A DNA stretch of 64,000 nt from Gammaproteobacteria bacterium (GTDB taxonomy: Bacteria; Pseudomonadota; Gammaproteobacteria; HK1). Positions 37,841 to 46,977 of this stretch are shown piece by piece (position 1 is the stretch's first letter; each line of letters starts with the position of its first letter). Made by a program: the position numbers and the translations under genes. Below the pieces are notes generated by a model, which was given only the letters and a program-made list of their open reading frames with translations, had not been told where the DNA came from and ran no database searches. The stretch spans positions 3,693,069 to 3,757,068 of the forward strand of contig OZ241870.1 of assembly GCA_965202875.1 (NCBI GenBank), written 5' to 3'.

Positions 37841-38666
37841 AATGCCCGGCGCCGACGTCGACGTAGCGTTTGAGGCCGTCCACGATCTGCCCGGGGGTGC
37901 CTTGGGTGGGGAACTCGCCCGGACCCTCCTGGAAGACGAGCGGCAGCTTGAGGCAGAGCTTGACCGAGCCCGGAGCGCGCCCGATCTTTTCGCACTCGGC
38001 GTCCAGCACCCCGCGCATCTCGACGACCTTCTCGGGCGGCATCCGCGCCGGGTGGAAGGCCTCGGCGTACCGTGCCGCGCGGCGGCAGGCGGGTCGGCTC
38101 GCGCCGGCGACCCAGATCGGGGGATGCGGGCGCTGCACCGGCTTCGGCGAGAACGCGACGTCCTCGCACGAGTAGAACCTGCCCTTGTACGTGACGGGAT
38201 CCTCCGCCCACAGCATCTTCATGAGCTCGATCGCGTCGTCGGTGCGGGCGCCCCGGTTCCCGAAGTCCTGGCCGAGCACCTCGAACTCCTCCTCGAACCA
38301 CCCGACGCCGAGCCCGAAGACGAACCGGCCGTTGGAGAGCCGGTCCACCTCCGCGACCTGCTTCGCACACTCGAAGGGGTTGTGCATCGGGAGCACCACG
38401 ACACTCGTGCCCAGGGTGATGCGCGTGGTGTGCGCGGCCAGGAAGGAGAGCACGGTGAAGGGCTCCCAGTAGCATTCGCGCCAGTGCGGCGGGTGCTTGC
38501 GGCCGGGAATGAGGACGTAGCCCGACTTCACCTGCGGCGGGAGCACCACGTGTGCGCTGAGCCAAAGGGAGTCCATTTCGAGCGCTTCGGCGCGCTCGGC
38601 CATCTTGACGAACGTCTCCGGGGTGGCGTCCTCGCCGCGCACGATGAGGGAAAAACCGTATCGCAT
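37752..38666 (-). CDS. LLM-class (luciferase-like monooxygenase) flavin/F420-dependent oxidoreductase
   Basis: 'MRYGFSLIVRGED', 'SLWLSAHVV', 'ITLGTSVVVLPMHNPFECAKQVAEVDRLSNGRFVFGLGVGW' and 'HFTLDF' match LLM class oxidoreductases. Confidence 0.8.
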   Translation of the reverse strand: MRYGFSLIVRGEDATPETFVKMAERAEALEMDSLWLSAHVVLPPQVKSGYVLIPGRKHPPHWRECYWEPFTVLSFLAAHTTRITLGTSVVVLPMHNPFECAKQVAEVDRLSNGRFVFGLGVGWFEEEFEVLGQDFGNRGARTDDAIELMKMLWAEDPVTYKGRFYSCEDVAFSPKPVQRPHPPIWVAGASRPACRRAARYAEAFHPARMPPEKVVEMRGVLDAECEKIGRAPGSVKLCLKLPLVFQEGPGEFPTQGTPGQIVDGLKRYVDVGAGHFTLDFVPEKADVALDAMERFAQEVRPRLD

Positions 38667-39008
38667 GGATGGCCTCTCCACGTTCGAACCGCAAGGCATC
38701 CGGACTATAGCCCGAAACGTCCGCTCGCTCACGGACCGGCGCGGGGGTCGAGAACGCAACTCGAACGTCTCGGCCTTCGACTTGTGCGTATCGCTCGCGT
38801 TTCTGTGGGACGTCGAGAACGCAACTCGAGCGTCGCGGCCTCTCCCGGTAACACCGGAGCTCGTTCCCGACGGCCGGCCTTTCCCTCCGGTTCCCGGTGG
38901 GTGATGTGCGCGCGTTTGCTCCCGGTGCGCCCCACCATGCGGCTCCCCCGCCGAAGGAGGGCTCGACTCGTCCCTGTCCGGAGTCGCGGCCGCGGACAGG
39001 CCCCGGAC

Positions 39009-41654
39009 TCAGCGCGGGTGCGCGTCCGCCTCACTCTTCTCCGCGTCGCGCCGGGCGACGACCTGGGACTCCACGCCGGTGCGCGCCCGCCGCCGGCGCC
39101 ATGCGACCGCGCCGGCGAGGGACCCGGCGAGGACCACCGGCGCGGCGAAGTTGAGGATGACGAGGCGCGTCTGCAACGCATCGACCCCGGCCCGGACCTG
39201 TTCGCGGATCGCCCGCTCGCGGCGGCGTAGCGGCAGGAGGCGGCGGCGGATCTCCGTGACCGTTTCCGCCACCTCGCCGCGCAGGCGCTCGGGGGAGGAG
39301 GCGCCGGACGTGTCGATCAGCGCCTCGATGTGGCGCTCGCCTTCGGCGATGGTGCGGGCAAGCTCCGCCAGCTCCTCCCGCACGTCCGCTTCGCCCGCCC
39401 GGAACAGCGCCTCGATGCGGGTGAAGGGGCGGCGGAGCCTGCCCCGCGAGCGGACCTCCGCGAGCGGGGCCGCGCCGCTTCCGAACGCCACCATGTTCGC
39501 TAGGAATGCGTGATTGTCGTTGATGGGACGCACCCGGGGCCGGTCCCCCGCATCGGCGACCTCGACCGAGAAGGGGTCGAAGATCCAGTCCACGTCCGCG
39601 ACCGCGAACACCCGGGCCTCTTCCGCCCCCGGAGCGCCGGAGACCGCGCTGGGGAACGGGCCGGAAGCGTAGGCCGCGAGCACGCGGGCGCCTCCGGCCG
39701 GAGCGAACTCCGATGCGAGGGTTTCGGGAGGCGCACCCGGGAAACGCCCACGGGCGAGCGTCCCGGCGCGCGCGCTCGTCGTCACCAGCGGCACCACGCC
39801 GCGCGCGGCGTCGATCTCCAGCGTGCCCGGCTCCGCGAAGAGCAGGCTCCGCAACGTTCCGGCCACCGGGTGCGAGTCCGCGAGCCCCGCCTCCGGCACC
39901 TGGATCCAGAAGGGATAGCCGGTCACGCCCGATCCGCCGATCGACACCGGCGCCGCGAACTCCGCGTCTCCGGCCACCCCGTCCACCGCGAAACGAATCC
40001 CGTATGCGGCGAGGAGATCGGTGACGTCGTCGAGATCCCTGGAGGGCGAAGGCCGTGGCGCCCGCCGGCCCGCCGGGCTGGATCGCACAAAGGGGTCCAG
40101 GAGCACGATGAGCGTGCCGCCCTCGGCCACGAAGCGATCGATGGAGCGCAGCATCGAACGCTTCAGCAAGGTGGCGTCGATGGCGACGAGTACGTCGAGG
40201 CCGTCCGGGAGCGCGTCCGCGAAGTAGGGCACCACCACGAGGTCGTTGCGCGCCCGCAGCTCGGTGAGGAACGACAGCCCTTCGCGGCCGGTCCTGGCCG
40301 CGCTCGGCGCGACGAGTGGGCTGAGCACCGCGACGCGCGGCGGGCGCTCGCGCGCAAGCAGGCTCAACGCGGACGCGAAGTCGTATTCGAGGAGCCGGGC
40401 GCGTTCGACGTCGAGGTAAGGCACCGGGAGGACGCGGGACCCGTGGCGCAGCTCGACGTTGCGGCGAAATTCGACTCCCAGGAAGAAGACGTCTCCACTC
40501 GTCATCGGGACCCGGCGCATCCCCGCTCCGAGGGCGGCGACCTCCGTCTCGGAGTCGGGGCGTGGGTCGCGTCGGTGCACCATGAACCTTCCGTCGCTCT
40601 CCCGCGCAAAGGCGTCGAGCATCGTGCCGACGCGGCGCGCGTGGGTGCGGATGGCGGTGGGGATCCCCTCCTGCTCCGCGCTCCAGAACAGCGTCGCACC
40701 CACACCGGGAGGAAGCGCTTCGAGGATCGCCCGGGTCCCCGGCGCCAGGGTGTGCTCGCGCTCTGCGCTCAAGTCGATGAACCCGCTCCAACGATCCGCG
40801 AGACCGGGCCCCGTTGCGAGGACGGCGGCGAGCAAGACCATCGCGCCGGCGCCGCGCAGCGCCACCGAGCGCGTCGGGGCCGCCCTCCGGCGCGAGGCCA
40901 CGAGACCACGGGCGAGCACGAGCGCGAGCGCCAGCATGATCCCGAAGTACGCGAGCGAGCCTGCCCCCACCCGCCCGCTCGACCATTCCTCGATCCAGCG
41001 TCGGGGTCCGATCGAGGCGATCGCGTCCACGCCCCACGGGGGCAGCCAGTCGTCGAGCCGGCGCGCGGCGCCCTCGCTGCCGAGCATGACCAGCCCGAAC
41101 AGCGTGCACGCGCCGGCCACGAACGCGGCGGTGGCGTCGGCGGTCACCGCCGCCGCGGCAAGCGCGACGGCGTAGAAGGCCGCGAGCAGCGCGAATCCGG
41201 CAAGGTAGCTGCCGGTCATCGCACCGAAATCCGGTTCGCCGAGCCAGGCGACCGTGGCGGGAAAGGCCGCGGTCAGCAGGAGCACGAACGCGAGCACCAC
41301 CAGCCCGGCGAGGAACTTCCCGGCGACCAGCGCGCCGTCCCCGAGCGGCAGCGACATCGCGAACTCCAGGCCGCGGTCGTCGGGTCCCTCCGGCCACGCC
41401 CGCATCGCCAGCGCCGGGACGAACACGATCGCGGCCCAGGGAAGGAACAGCACGAAGAGCCGCGCCGACGCTTCGTCGGTGGAGAGGAACTCGCCGACCA
41501 CGAAGATCGCGACGTACACGCTCAGCGCGAACCCCGAAGCGAGCACGTAGCTCACGGGGGCATGGAAGGCGAGCCGGATCTCGTGGCGCGTGACCGTGAG
41601 GGCGCTCCGGGCGAAACCCGGCACGGACACGGGGTCACCGCGGCTCACGGTCAT
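39009..41654 (-). CDS. fused ABC-2 family permease / GldG-like (Gldg) auxiliary domain protein
   Basis: N-terminal ~250 aa multi-TM ABC-2 permease, followed by a large extracytoplasmic domain and a C-terminal TM. Co-oriented, with a 20-bp overlap, with the ABC-2 ATPase gene upstream. Confidence 0.7.
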   Translation of the reverse strand: MTVSRGDPVSVPGFARSALTVTRHEIRLAFHAPVSYVLASGFALSVYVAIFVVGEFLSTDEASARLFVLFLPWAAIVFVPALAMRAWPEGPDDRGLEFAMSLPLGDGALVAGKFLAGLVVLAFVLLLTAAFPATVAWLGEPDFGAMTGSYLAGFALLAAFYAVALAAAAVTADATAAFVAGACTLFGLVMLGSEGAARRLDDWLPPWGVDAIASIGPRRWIEEWSSGRVGAGSLAYFGIMLALALVLARGLVASRRRAAPTRSVALRGAGAMVLLAAVLATGPGLADRWSGFIDLSAEREHTLAPGTRAILEALPPGVGATLFWSAEQEGIPTAIRTHARRVGTMLDAFARESDGRFMVHRRDPRPDSETEVAALGAGMRRVPMTSGDVFFLGVEFRRNVELRHGSRVLPVPYLDVERARLLEYDFASALSLLARERPPRVAVLSPLVAPSAARTGREGLSFLTELRARNDLVVVPYFADALPDGLDVLVAIDATLLKRSMLRSIDRFVAEGGTLIVLLDPFVRSSPAGRRAPRPSPSRDLDDVTDLLAAYGIRFAVDGVAGDAEFAAPVSIGGSGVTGYPFWIQVPEAGLADSHPVAGTLRSLLFAEPGTLEIDAARGVVPLVTTSARAGTLARGRFPGAPPETLASEFAPAGGARVLAAYASGPFPSAVSGAPGAEEARVFAVADVDWIFDPFSVEVADAGDRPRVRPINDNHAFLANMVAFGSGAAPLAEVRSRGRLRRPFTRIEALFRAGEADVREELAELARTIAEGERHIEALIDTSGASSPERLRGEVAETVTEIRRRLLPLRRRERAIREQVRAGVDALQTRLVILNFAAPVVLAGSLAGAVAWRRRRARTGVESQVVARRDAEKSEADAHPR

Positions 41655-42381
41655 CCCCGTTTCCCGGATCGCCTTCTTCCGTCAGCCGGTGGAACGCGGG
41701 TGCGAGCCGGCCACGTTCATCCATGAGCCGGGCGGGGACCTCGTCGGCGACGATGCGGCCCCGTGCGATGAAGATGGCGCGGGTCGCAATCTCCTCCGCC
41801 TCTTCGAGGACATGCGTCGAGAGCAGGATCGCCTTGTCCCGCGACACTTCCTCCCGGAGCAGCGCGCGGATGTGGCGCCGCTCGGTCGGGTCGAGGCCGT
41901 CGGTGGGCTCGTCGAGGATCAGCGCCGGCGGATCGTGCAGAAGCGCCTGGGCGAGCCAGGCACGCTGGCGCCAGCCCTTGGACAGCTCGCCAAGGAGCGC
42001 GCCGCGGGCGTCCCCGGCGTGCACCCGCTCGGTGACGCGATCGACCGCTGCACCGAGGGCCCGCCCGGTGAGGCCGCGCGACTCGCCGCAGAAGCGGAGG
42101 AACTCGTCGACGGTCAGTCGGGAGAACCCCGCCGCCGCTTCGGGCAGGAACCCGACCGAGGCCGCGGCGGCCCGCCGCCCGGCGATGACGTCGTGACCGT
42201 TGACCCGCGCGCGGCCTTCCAGGGGACGAAGGACGCCGGTGAGCAGCCGCATGGCGGTCGACTTGCCGGCGCCGTTGCATCCGAGGAGCGCGCATAGTTC
42301 GCCGTGCCCGACCCTGAACGACAGCCGATCCACCACGGCCCGCGGGCCGAAACGCATCGTGAGCCCGAGCGCTTCGATCAT
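41635..42381 (-). CDS. ABC transporter ATP-binding protein (ABC-2 / GldA-like)
   Basis: Walker A 'GCNGAGKST', signature 'LSKGWRQRAWLAQAL', Walker B 'LILDEPTDGLD'. Confidence 0.85.
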   Translation of the reverse strand: MIEALGLTMRFGPRAVVDRLSFRVGHGELCALLGCNGAGKSTAMRLLTGVLRPLEGRARVNGHDVIAGRRAAAASVGFLPEAAAGFSRLTVDEFLRFCGESRGLTGRALGAAVDRVTERVHAGDARGALLGELSKGWRQRAWLAQALLHDPPALILDEPTDGLDPTERRHIRALLREEVSRDKAILLSTHVLEEAEEIATRAIFIARGRIVADEVPARLMDERGRLAPAFHRLTEEGDPGNGDDREPR

Positions 42382-42539
42382 CGCTCCCTCGGCCGCCGCG
42401 CACCCCCGTCCGCCACGGCGGGCCGGCGCGTTGCTCCCGCCTTCCCCTCCGGGCGCCCGGCCGATTTGCCCGTTGATCCCGCTGATGTCATAGTGGCGGC
42501 GTCTTCCACCCGATGGAGCGCGGAAGGGAGGGCTGGGGA

Positions 42540-42977
42540 ATGCTGACCCGTCAGGACTGGCTCCTGCTTGCGCTGTCGAAATCGCCGGACGGCCGAATGA
42601 GCCCCGTCCAGATCCAGAAGGCCCTGTTCCTGTTCGGCCAGGAAGCCGGCGACCTGATCGGCACGGAATTCTACTCCTTCAAACCCTACGACTACGGCCC
42701 CTTCGACGCGGCGATCTACGACGATCTGCGGCGGATGAAGCGCGAGGGTCACGTCGCGGATGAATGGCGGCCCGGCCGAAGATGGAAGAACTACATGATC
42801 ACCAAGTCCGGCCAGAACGCCGCGCTCGGTCTCGAGAAAGACGCCGAGGTCCGGCTCGCCGACTTCATCGGGCGCATCGTCGAATGGGTCAAGGTGCGGT
42901 CGTTCTCCGATCTTCTCCGCAGCGTCTACGCCGCCTACCCGGACTTCGCGGTGAACAGCGTGTTCCGTGGAGGATGA
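42540..42977 (+). CDS. Panacea (DUF4065 / SocA / GepA)-like domain protein with possible C-terminal winged-helix
   Basis: 'SPVQIQKALFLFGQEAGDLIGTEFYSFKPYDYGPFDAAIYDDL' fits the Panacea pattern (KLQKLLY...W.YGPV...Y). The C-terminal 'EGHVADEWRPGRRWKNYMITKSGQ' resembles a PadR/wHTH wing. Assignment is from motif memory only. Confidence 0.5.
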   Translation: MLTRQDWLLLALSKSPDGRMSPVQIQKALFLFGQEAGDLIGTEFYSFKPYDYGPFDAAIYDDLRRMKREGHVADEWRPGRRWKNYMITKSGQNAALGLEKDAEVRLADFIGRIVEWVKVRSFSDLLRSVYAAYPDFAVNSVFRGG

Positions 42978-43225
42978 CCGGGCGCCTCGCCGGATGGATC
43001 GAGGGGCGGTGTTCTCCGGGTCTTCTTCGGCGACGGCGCGCCGCGCTTCCCCTGCGCGTCCGGTCTTGACGGTGGGCGGCGCGTTCCGCGACGGACGATC
43101 GCCCGTTCCCCGGGGGTATCGCCGGATGGATCAAGGGAGGATCATCCACTGAACCCTCTTCTGCGACGTCCCCGCCGCTCCGCCCCTTGTCCGGGCTTCA
43201 CGGCGGGCGGCAGGTTCCACGGCAC

Positions 43226-43993
43226 ATGACCGTTCTCGTCGGCATCCTGGCGAGCGACGGCGCGGCGATCGCCGCCGATCGGCAGGTCACCGCCGGGCAC
43301 GTCGGCATCCCGATGCCCAAGATCGCCCCGATCGGGGGCGACAGCCTGGTTGCGTCCAGCGGCTCCCTGGCCCTCGGGCAGAAGATTCAAATGGTGTTCG
43401 AAACGCATCACGCCGACCTCAAGACCCACAGCTACAACGAGCACCTGCCGGCGATCGAGCAGGCAATCCGCGGCATCGTGACCCCGGCGATCCAGATGGC
43501 GGAAAAAACCAGGTACGTGATCCCCGGCGCCGAAAACAACGCGCTGGCTTCGTCCCTGGCATGTATTCCCTTTGCGGACGGCCTTCGTCTGTGCCACATC
43601 GACTGGGACGGTTCCATCCACTGCCTGAACGAACACCTTCCCTACGTCACGGCCGGCTCCGGCAAGGTGAACGCGGATCCCTTCATCCGATTCATCTGGG
43701 ACGTGTTCTGGCCCGATCCGGGCCATCTTCCTCCGCTCCGCGAGGCGGCCTTTGCCGCGTACTGGACGGTGCAGATGAACATCGAGCACAGCTCGGTGGG
43801 CGTCGGCATCGGCGTCGACGTGTGGACGGTCAACCACAAGGCCGACGGCGGCTACGTCGCCGAGGAAATGGACTGGGAGCGGCTCGAGCCGCCCGATGAA
43901 TTCATCGAGAGCATGAAGCAGGCCATGCGCGCGCAACGCGACCGGACGTTCGGCAACAAGGACGGGCCGGCGGAAGCGCCGCCGAAGCTGTAG
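43226..43993 (+). CDS. proteasome-like N-terminal-nucleophile (peptidase T1 / HslV-Anbu-BPH-like) hydrolase
   Basis: Starts 'MTVLVGILASDGAAIAADRQVTAG': Thr immediately after Met, an Asp ~17 residues on, a Lys ~31 residues on, and 'GGDSLVASSGSLALGQ', as in proteasome beta/HslV active sites. 255 aa. Confidence 0.6.
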   Translation: MTVLVGILASDGAAIAADRQVTAGHVGIPMPKIAPIGGDSLVASSGSLALGQKIQMVFETHHADLKTHSYNEHLPAIEQAIRGIVTPAIQMAEKTRYVIPGAENNALASSLACIPFADGLRLCHIDWDGSIHCLNEHLPYVTAGSGKVNADPFIRFIWDVFWPDPGHLPPLREAAFAAYWTVQMNIEHSSVGVGIGVDVWTVNHKADGGYVAEEMDWERLEPPDEFIESMKQAMRAQRDRTFGNKDGPAEAPPKL

Positions 43994-44273
43994 AGCGAGC
44001 GGAGGGAGCCGCGGCGAAGCCGCACGCCGCCGCCGGGCAACCCGAGGCGCCGTTCCGTGCACCGCATCGTCCGCGAAACGTAGCGCCGGCGGTCGAATGC
44101 CACCCCCTCCCCCGGGTAACGGCCCTCTCGTCGTTCCCGCCCGGGACTTCGACGGCCTGATCCGGACCCTGCGGCGGTCGGCATGAACCGGGCCGCTCGA
44201 CCGGGGCGGTTCGCCTCCGGTGAAGAGCCGATTTTCCGGGATGCGGATTGGCGACAGGGGGCGCTGCACCGCA

Positions 44274-45410
44274 TCAGGGGCGATATCGGCGCAGGGCGTT
44301 CGCCGGGATCCTGCGCGGCAACCCCTTGCGATGGATCTTGAGAAACGAGGCGGGCGCCTCGTGGGCGATGCGCCAGATGCCGTCGCCATCCTCGATCCAG
44401 TACTGCCACCAGCGTCCGCCGCCCGCCCACGCGGCGCGGAATTCCACGAGCGCCATGGCCGTTTCCTGCCCGGAGCCGACCGGATAGCCGTACATGCCGA
44501 GGCCACGATTCGCGGTGCCGCTCCCGCCGAAACGCTCGATCCGGGCCCGCCATTCGGCCCGGTGCCGCTCGTGATCGGCCGGAGCCATCCAGCGCATTCG
44601 TTCGGCGATGACGACGGGGACGCTTTCCTGTCCGATCGTCCGTTTCAGAGTCTCCAGCGCCGGATTCGAGACGACGAGACAGCCCCCGCTCCAGCGAGGG
44701 GCGCGGCTCGTGAGGCCCCGAGGCTCGCCGTGGATCCAGATCCCGTAACCGGTGCGCCGCCGGCGCCGGTCCCATCCGTTGGGATAGTTCAATCCGAGGC
44801 TGCCTGCTCCGTAGAACTCGGGCAGGGCCCGGCTCTCCACCTGCATGGTCACGAAGTACACCCCGAGCGGGGTCTTCCCGTCACCCTCGCGATGCTTGCC
44901 GGTCCCGCCCCAGCCGGTGGAGGCGTACCAGTCTCCCTTCTTCGTCCAGCGCCCGTCGGACCATTCGAACAGGTACAGGCGCGCGCGGGCAGCGTCTGCG
45001 CCGACCACCACCGTGCGGTCCGGGGCAGCCTCGATCAGGACGTCCGGGAGGGCGTCCGATGGTGGACGGTCGAACCAGTAGGAGAGCCGGGCGTACGCTT
45101 CGCTACGCGGCCTCTTCATCGCACTCGACTCGTCGCGGGGGGTCAGATCGAGCAGCGCCGCGGCGAGATCTCCGGTGCGCAGCAACGACGCCTGGACAAG
45201 GTACGATGCGAGGAAGGCGGGGTATCTCTCGGTGACGCGGTTCAGCTCGTTCAGTCCGCCGGTGCGATCCCCTGCCTGGTAGCGGTCGAGGGCTGCGAAC
45301 AGAGCCGCCTCGTGGGCGTCCGTCTCGATCTCCGTCTCGACCGTTGCCGCCGGCTCGGCCAGAAGGAGCATCACGGCGCCGAGGGCAAGGCGGGCAACGC
45401 GCGCTGTCAC
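44274..45410 (-). CDS. L,D-transpeptidase (YkuD domain) with signal peptide
   Basis: YkuD catalytic region 'GYGIWIHGEP...RWSGGCLVVSNPALETL' (His...Cys). Signal-like 'VTARVARLALGAVMLLLAEPAATVE' from GTG 45410. The upstream part of the 521-aa ORF is non-protein-like. Confidence 0.7.
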   Translation of the reverse strand: MTARVARLALGAVMLLLAEPAATVETEIETDAHEAALFAALDRYQAGDRTGGLNELNRVTERYPAFLASYLVQASLLRTGDLAAALLDLTPRDESSAMKRPRSEAYARLSYWFDRPPSDALPDVLIEAAPDRTVVVGADAARARLYLFEWSDGRWTKKGDWYASTGWGGTGKHREGDGKTPLGVYFVTMQVESRALPEFYGAGSLGLNYPNGWDRRRRRTGYGIWIHGEPRGLTSRAPRWSGGCLVVSNPALETLKRTIGQESVPVVIAERMRWMAPADHERHRAEWRARIERFGGSGTANRGLGMYGYPVGSGQETAMALVEFRAAWAGGGRWWQYWIEDGDGIWRIAHEAPASFLKIHRKGLPRRIPANALRRYRP

Positions 45411-45850
45411 TGGCTCAACGAATCCGTGTGGTACGGAACCCGGGCTCCATCGTCTTCGCCGGGCGGCGGGTGGCGGCGCACGCGGAAAGGTTCGCTCCAC
45501 CGCATCTCCATCTCCCGGAAGCCGAAATCGACCGGGCGCCAATATGGCCACGCATCGCGCCATCGTCAAGGCGCCCGCGGGACCGCCGCTTCCCTCCCGT
45601 AGTCCCTGACCCGAAGTCTTCGACAAAACGACGAAGAATTGTCCGCCGCGGCCGTTCGCGAGAGGGTACCCTGCCGCGGCGAGGCATTCGCCGAGGCGAC
45701 CGCCACGAACGCGGGAGCGGTGATCGAGGATGCCCGGTCGGCCTCGGCATCGTTGTACATACCGATCACCTCCGTTCACCGGCGCCCCGATACGCGGGGT
45801 CGCGACTCCGGCGGCGGGCACTCGACTCGAACGGGACACGGAGCGGCACG

Positions 45851-46681
45851 ATGGCGGACGAGTGGTATTACGAGCAGTTCGAGAACCACACCCGGCTCGG
45901 GATGCAGGTCAGGCGCCGCCTCGTCTCCGAGCAGAGCGCGTTCCAGAAGATCGAGCTCTTCGAGGCGGAGCGCTACGGGCGGGTGCTCGCGCTCGACGGG
46001 GTGTACCAGACCAGCGAGGCGGAGGAGTACTTCTACCACGAGATGCTCGTGCACCCGGCGATGACGAGCGCGCCGCGCATCCGCCGCGCGCTCGTCATCG
46101 GGGGCGGGGACGGCGGCACCGCCCGCGAAGTGCTGAAGCATCCCGAGGTCGAGCAGTGCGTGATGGTCGAGATCGACGCGAAGGTCGTCGAGGCGTGCAA
46201 GGCCCACCTGCCGTCCATCGGCGCCGCCTGGGACGACCCGCGCCTCGATCTGCGCATCGGCGACGGCATCGCGTTCGTGAAGGAGGCCGACACCGAGCCC
46301 TTCGACGTGATCTTCCTCGACGGGAGCGACCCGATCGGTCCGAGCACCGGCCTCTACGACGAGGCGTTCTACCGCGGCTGCGCGCGGGTGCTCGCGCCGC
46401 GGGGCATCTTCGCCCTGCAGAGCGAATCGCCGTTCCTGATGCGCGGGATCTTCCTCCGCGTCCAGGAGACGTTGCGCCGGGTGTTCGAGCGGGTGGATCC
46501 CTACTTCGGACCGGCGCCGATCTACGGCTGCGGGATCTGGTCGTGGACCTGCGCGTCGCGGGGGATCGACCCGACCGCGATCGTGGACGCCCGCGCCGGA
46601 CGGATCGAGGCACAGTCGCGCTACTACAACCGCGACGTCCACCGCGGCGCCTTCGCGGTGCCGAACGATCTCCGCCGGTAG
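45851..46681 (+). CDS. speE: polyamine aminopropyltransferase (spermidine synthase)
   Basis: 'YHEMLVHPAM', 'LVIGGGDGGTAREVLKH', 'VEIDAKVV', 'DVIFLDGSDPIGPSTGLY' are the SpeE signature blocks. Confidence 0.8.
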   Translation: MADEWYYEQFENHTRLGMQVRRRLVSEQSAFQKIELFEAERYGRVLALDGVYQTSEAEEYFYHEMLVHPAMTSAPRIRRALVIGGGDGGTAREVLKHPEVEQCVMVEIDAKVVEACKAHLPSIGAAWDDPRLDLRIGDGIAFVKEADTEPFDVIFLDGSDPIGPSTGLYDEAFYRGCARVLAPRGIFALQSESPFLMRGIFLRVQETLRRVFERVDPYFGPAPIYGCGIWSWTCASRGIDPTAIVDARAGRIEAQSRYYNRDVHRGAFAVPNDLRR

Positions 46682-46977
46682 CGCCCTCGGCCGACGCAGG
46701 CATCGGTCCGGGCGCACACCCGTCAGCCGTCGAAGCCGCTCTCGCCCCAAGGCCGGCCAGGGACGCGCATCGTCGGCGTTGCGCCAGGGTCGGTTCCGTC
46801 GCTACGCTTTTCGGGGCCGTCTCTCGCGACGCGCACTTCGAGATCGAACCGGTCTGCGTCCTCGGTGTGGGCGGCTCCGCGGTCGGGACCGACATGACCC
46901 GCCGGAGCCTCCCGGGCGCGGCGCCGTCAACCGGCGGGGTCCCGAGGGCATGGACAGGGTCGAAGCGGCGTGAGGCG

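Noticed and set aside
39031-41726. 788-aa and 738-aa alternative-frame ORFs over the ABC-2/GldG gene
   Set aside because: Same-locus alternative frames with R/G/A/P-rich low-complexity products; the 39009..41654 frame has a TM architecture consistent with its ABC-2 operon partner.
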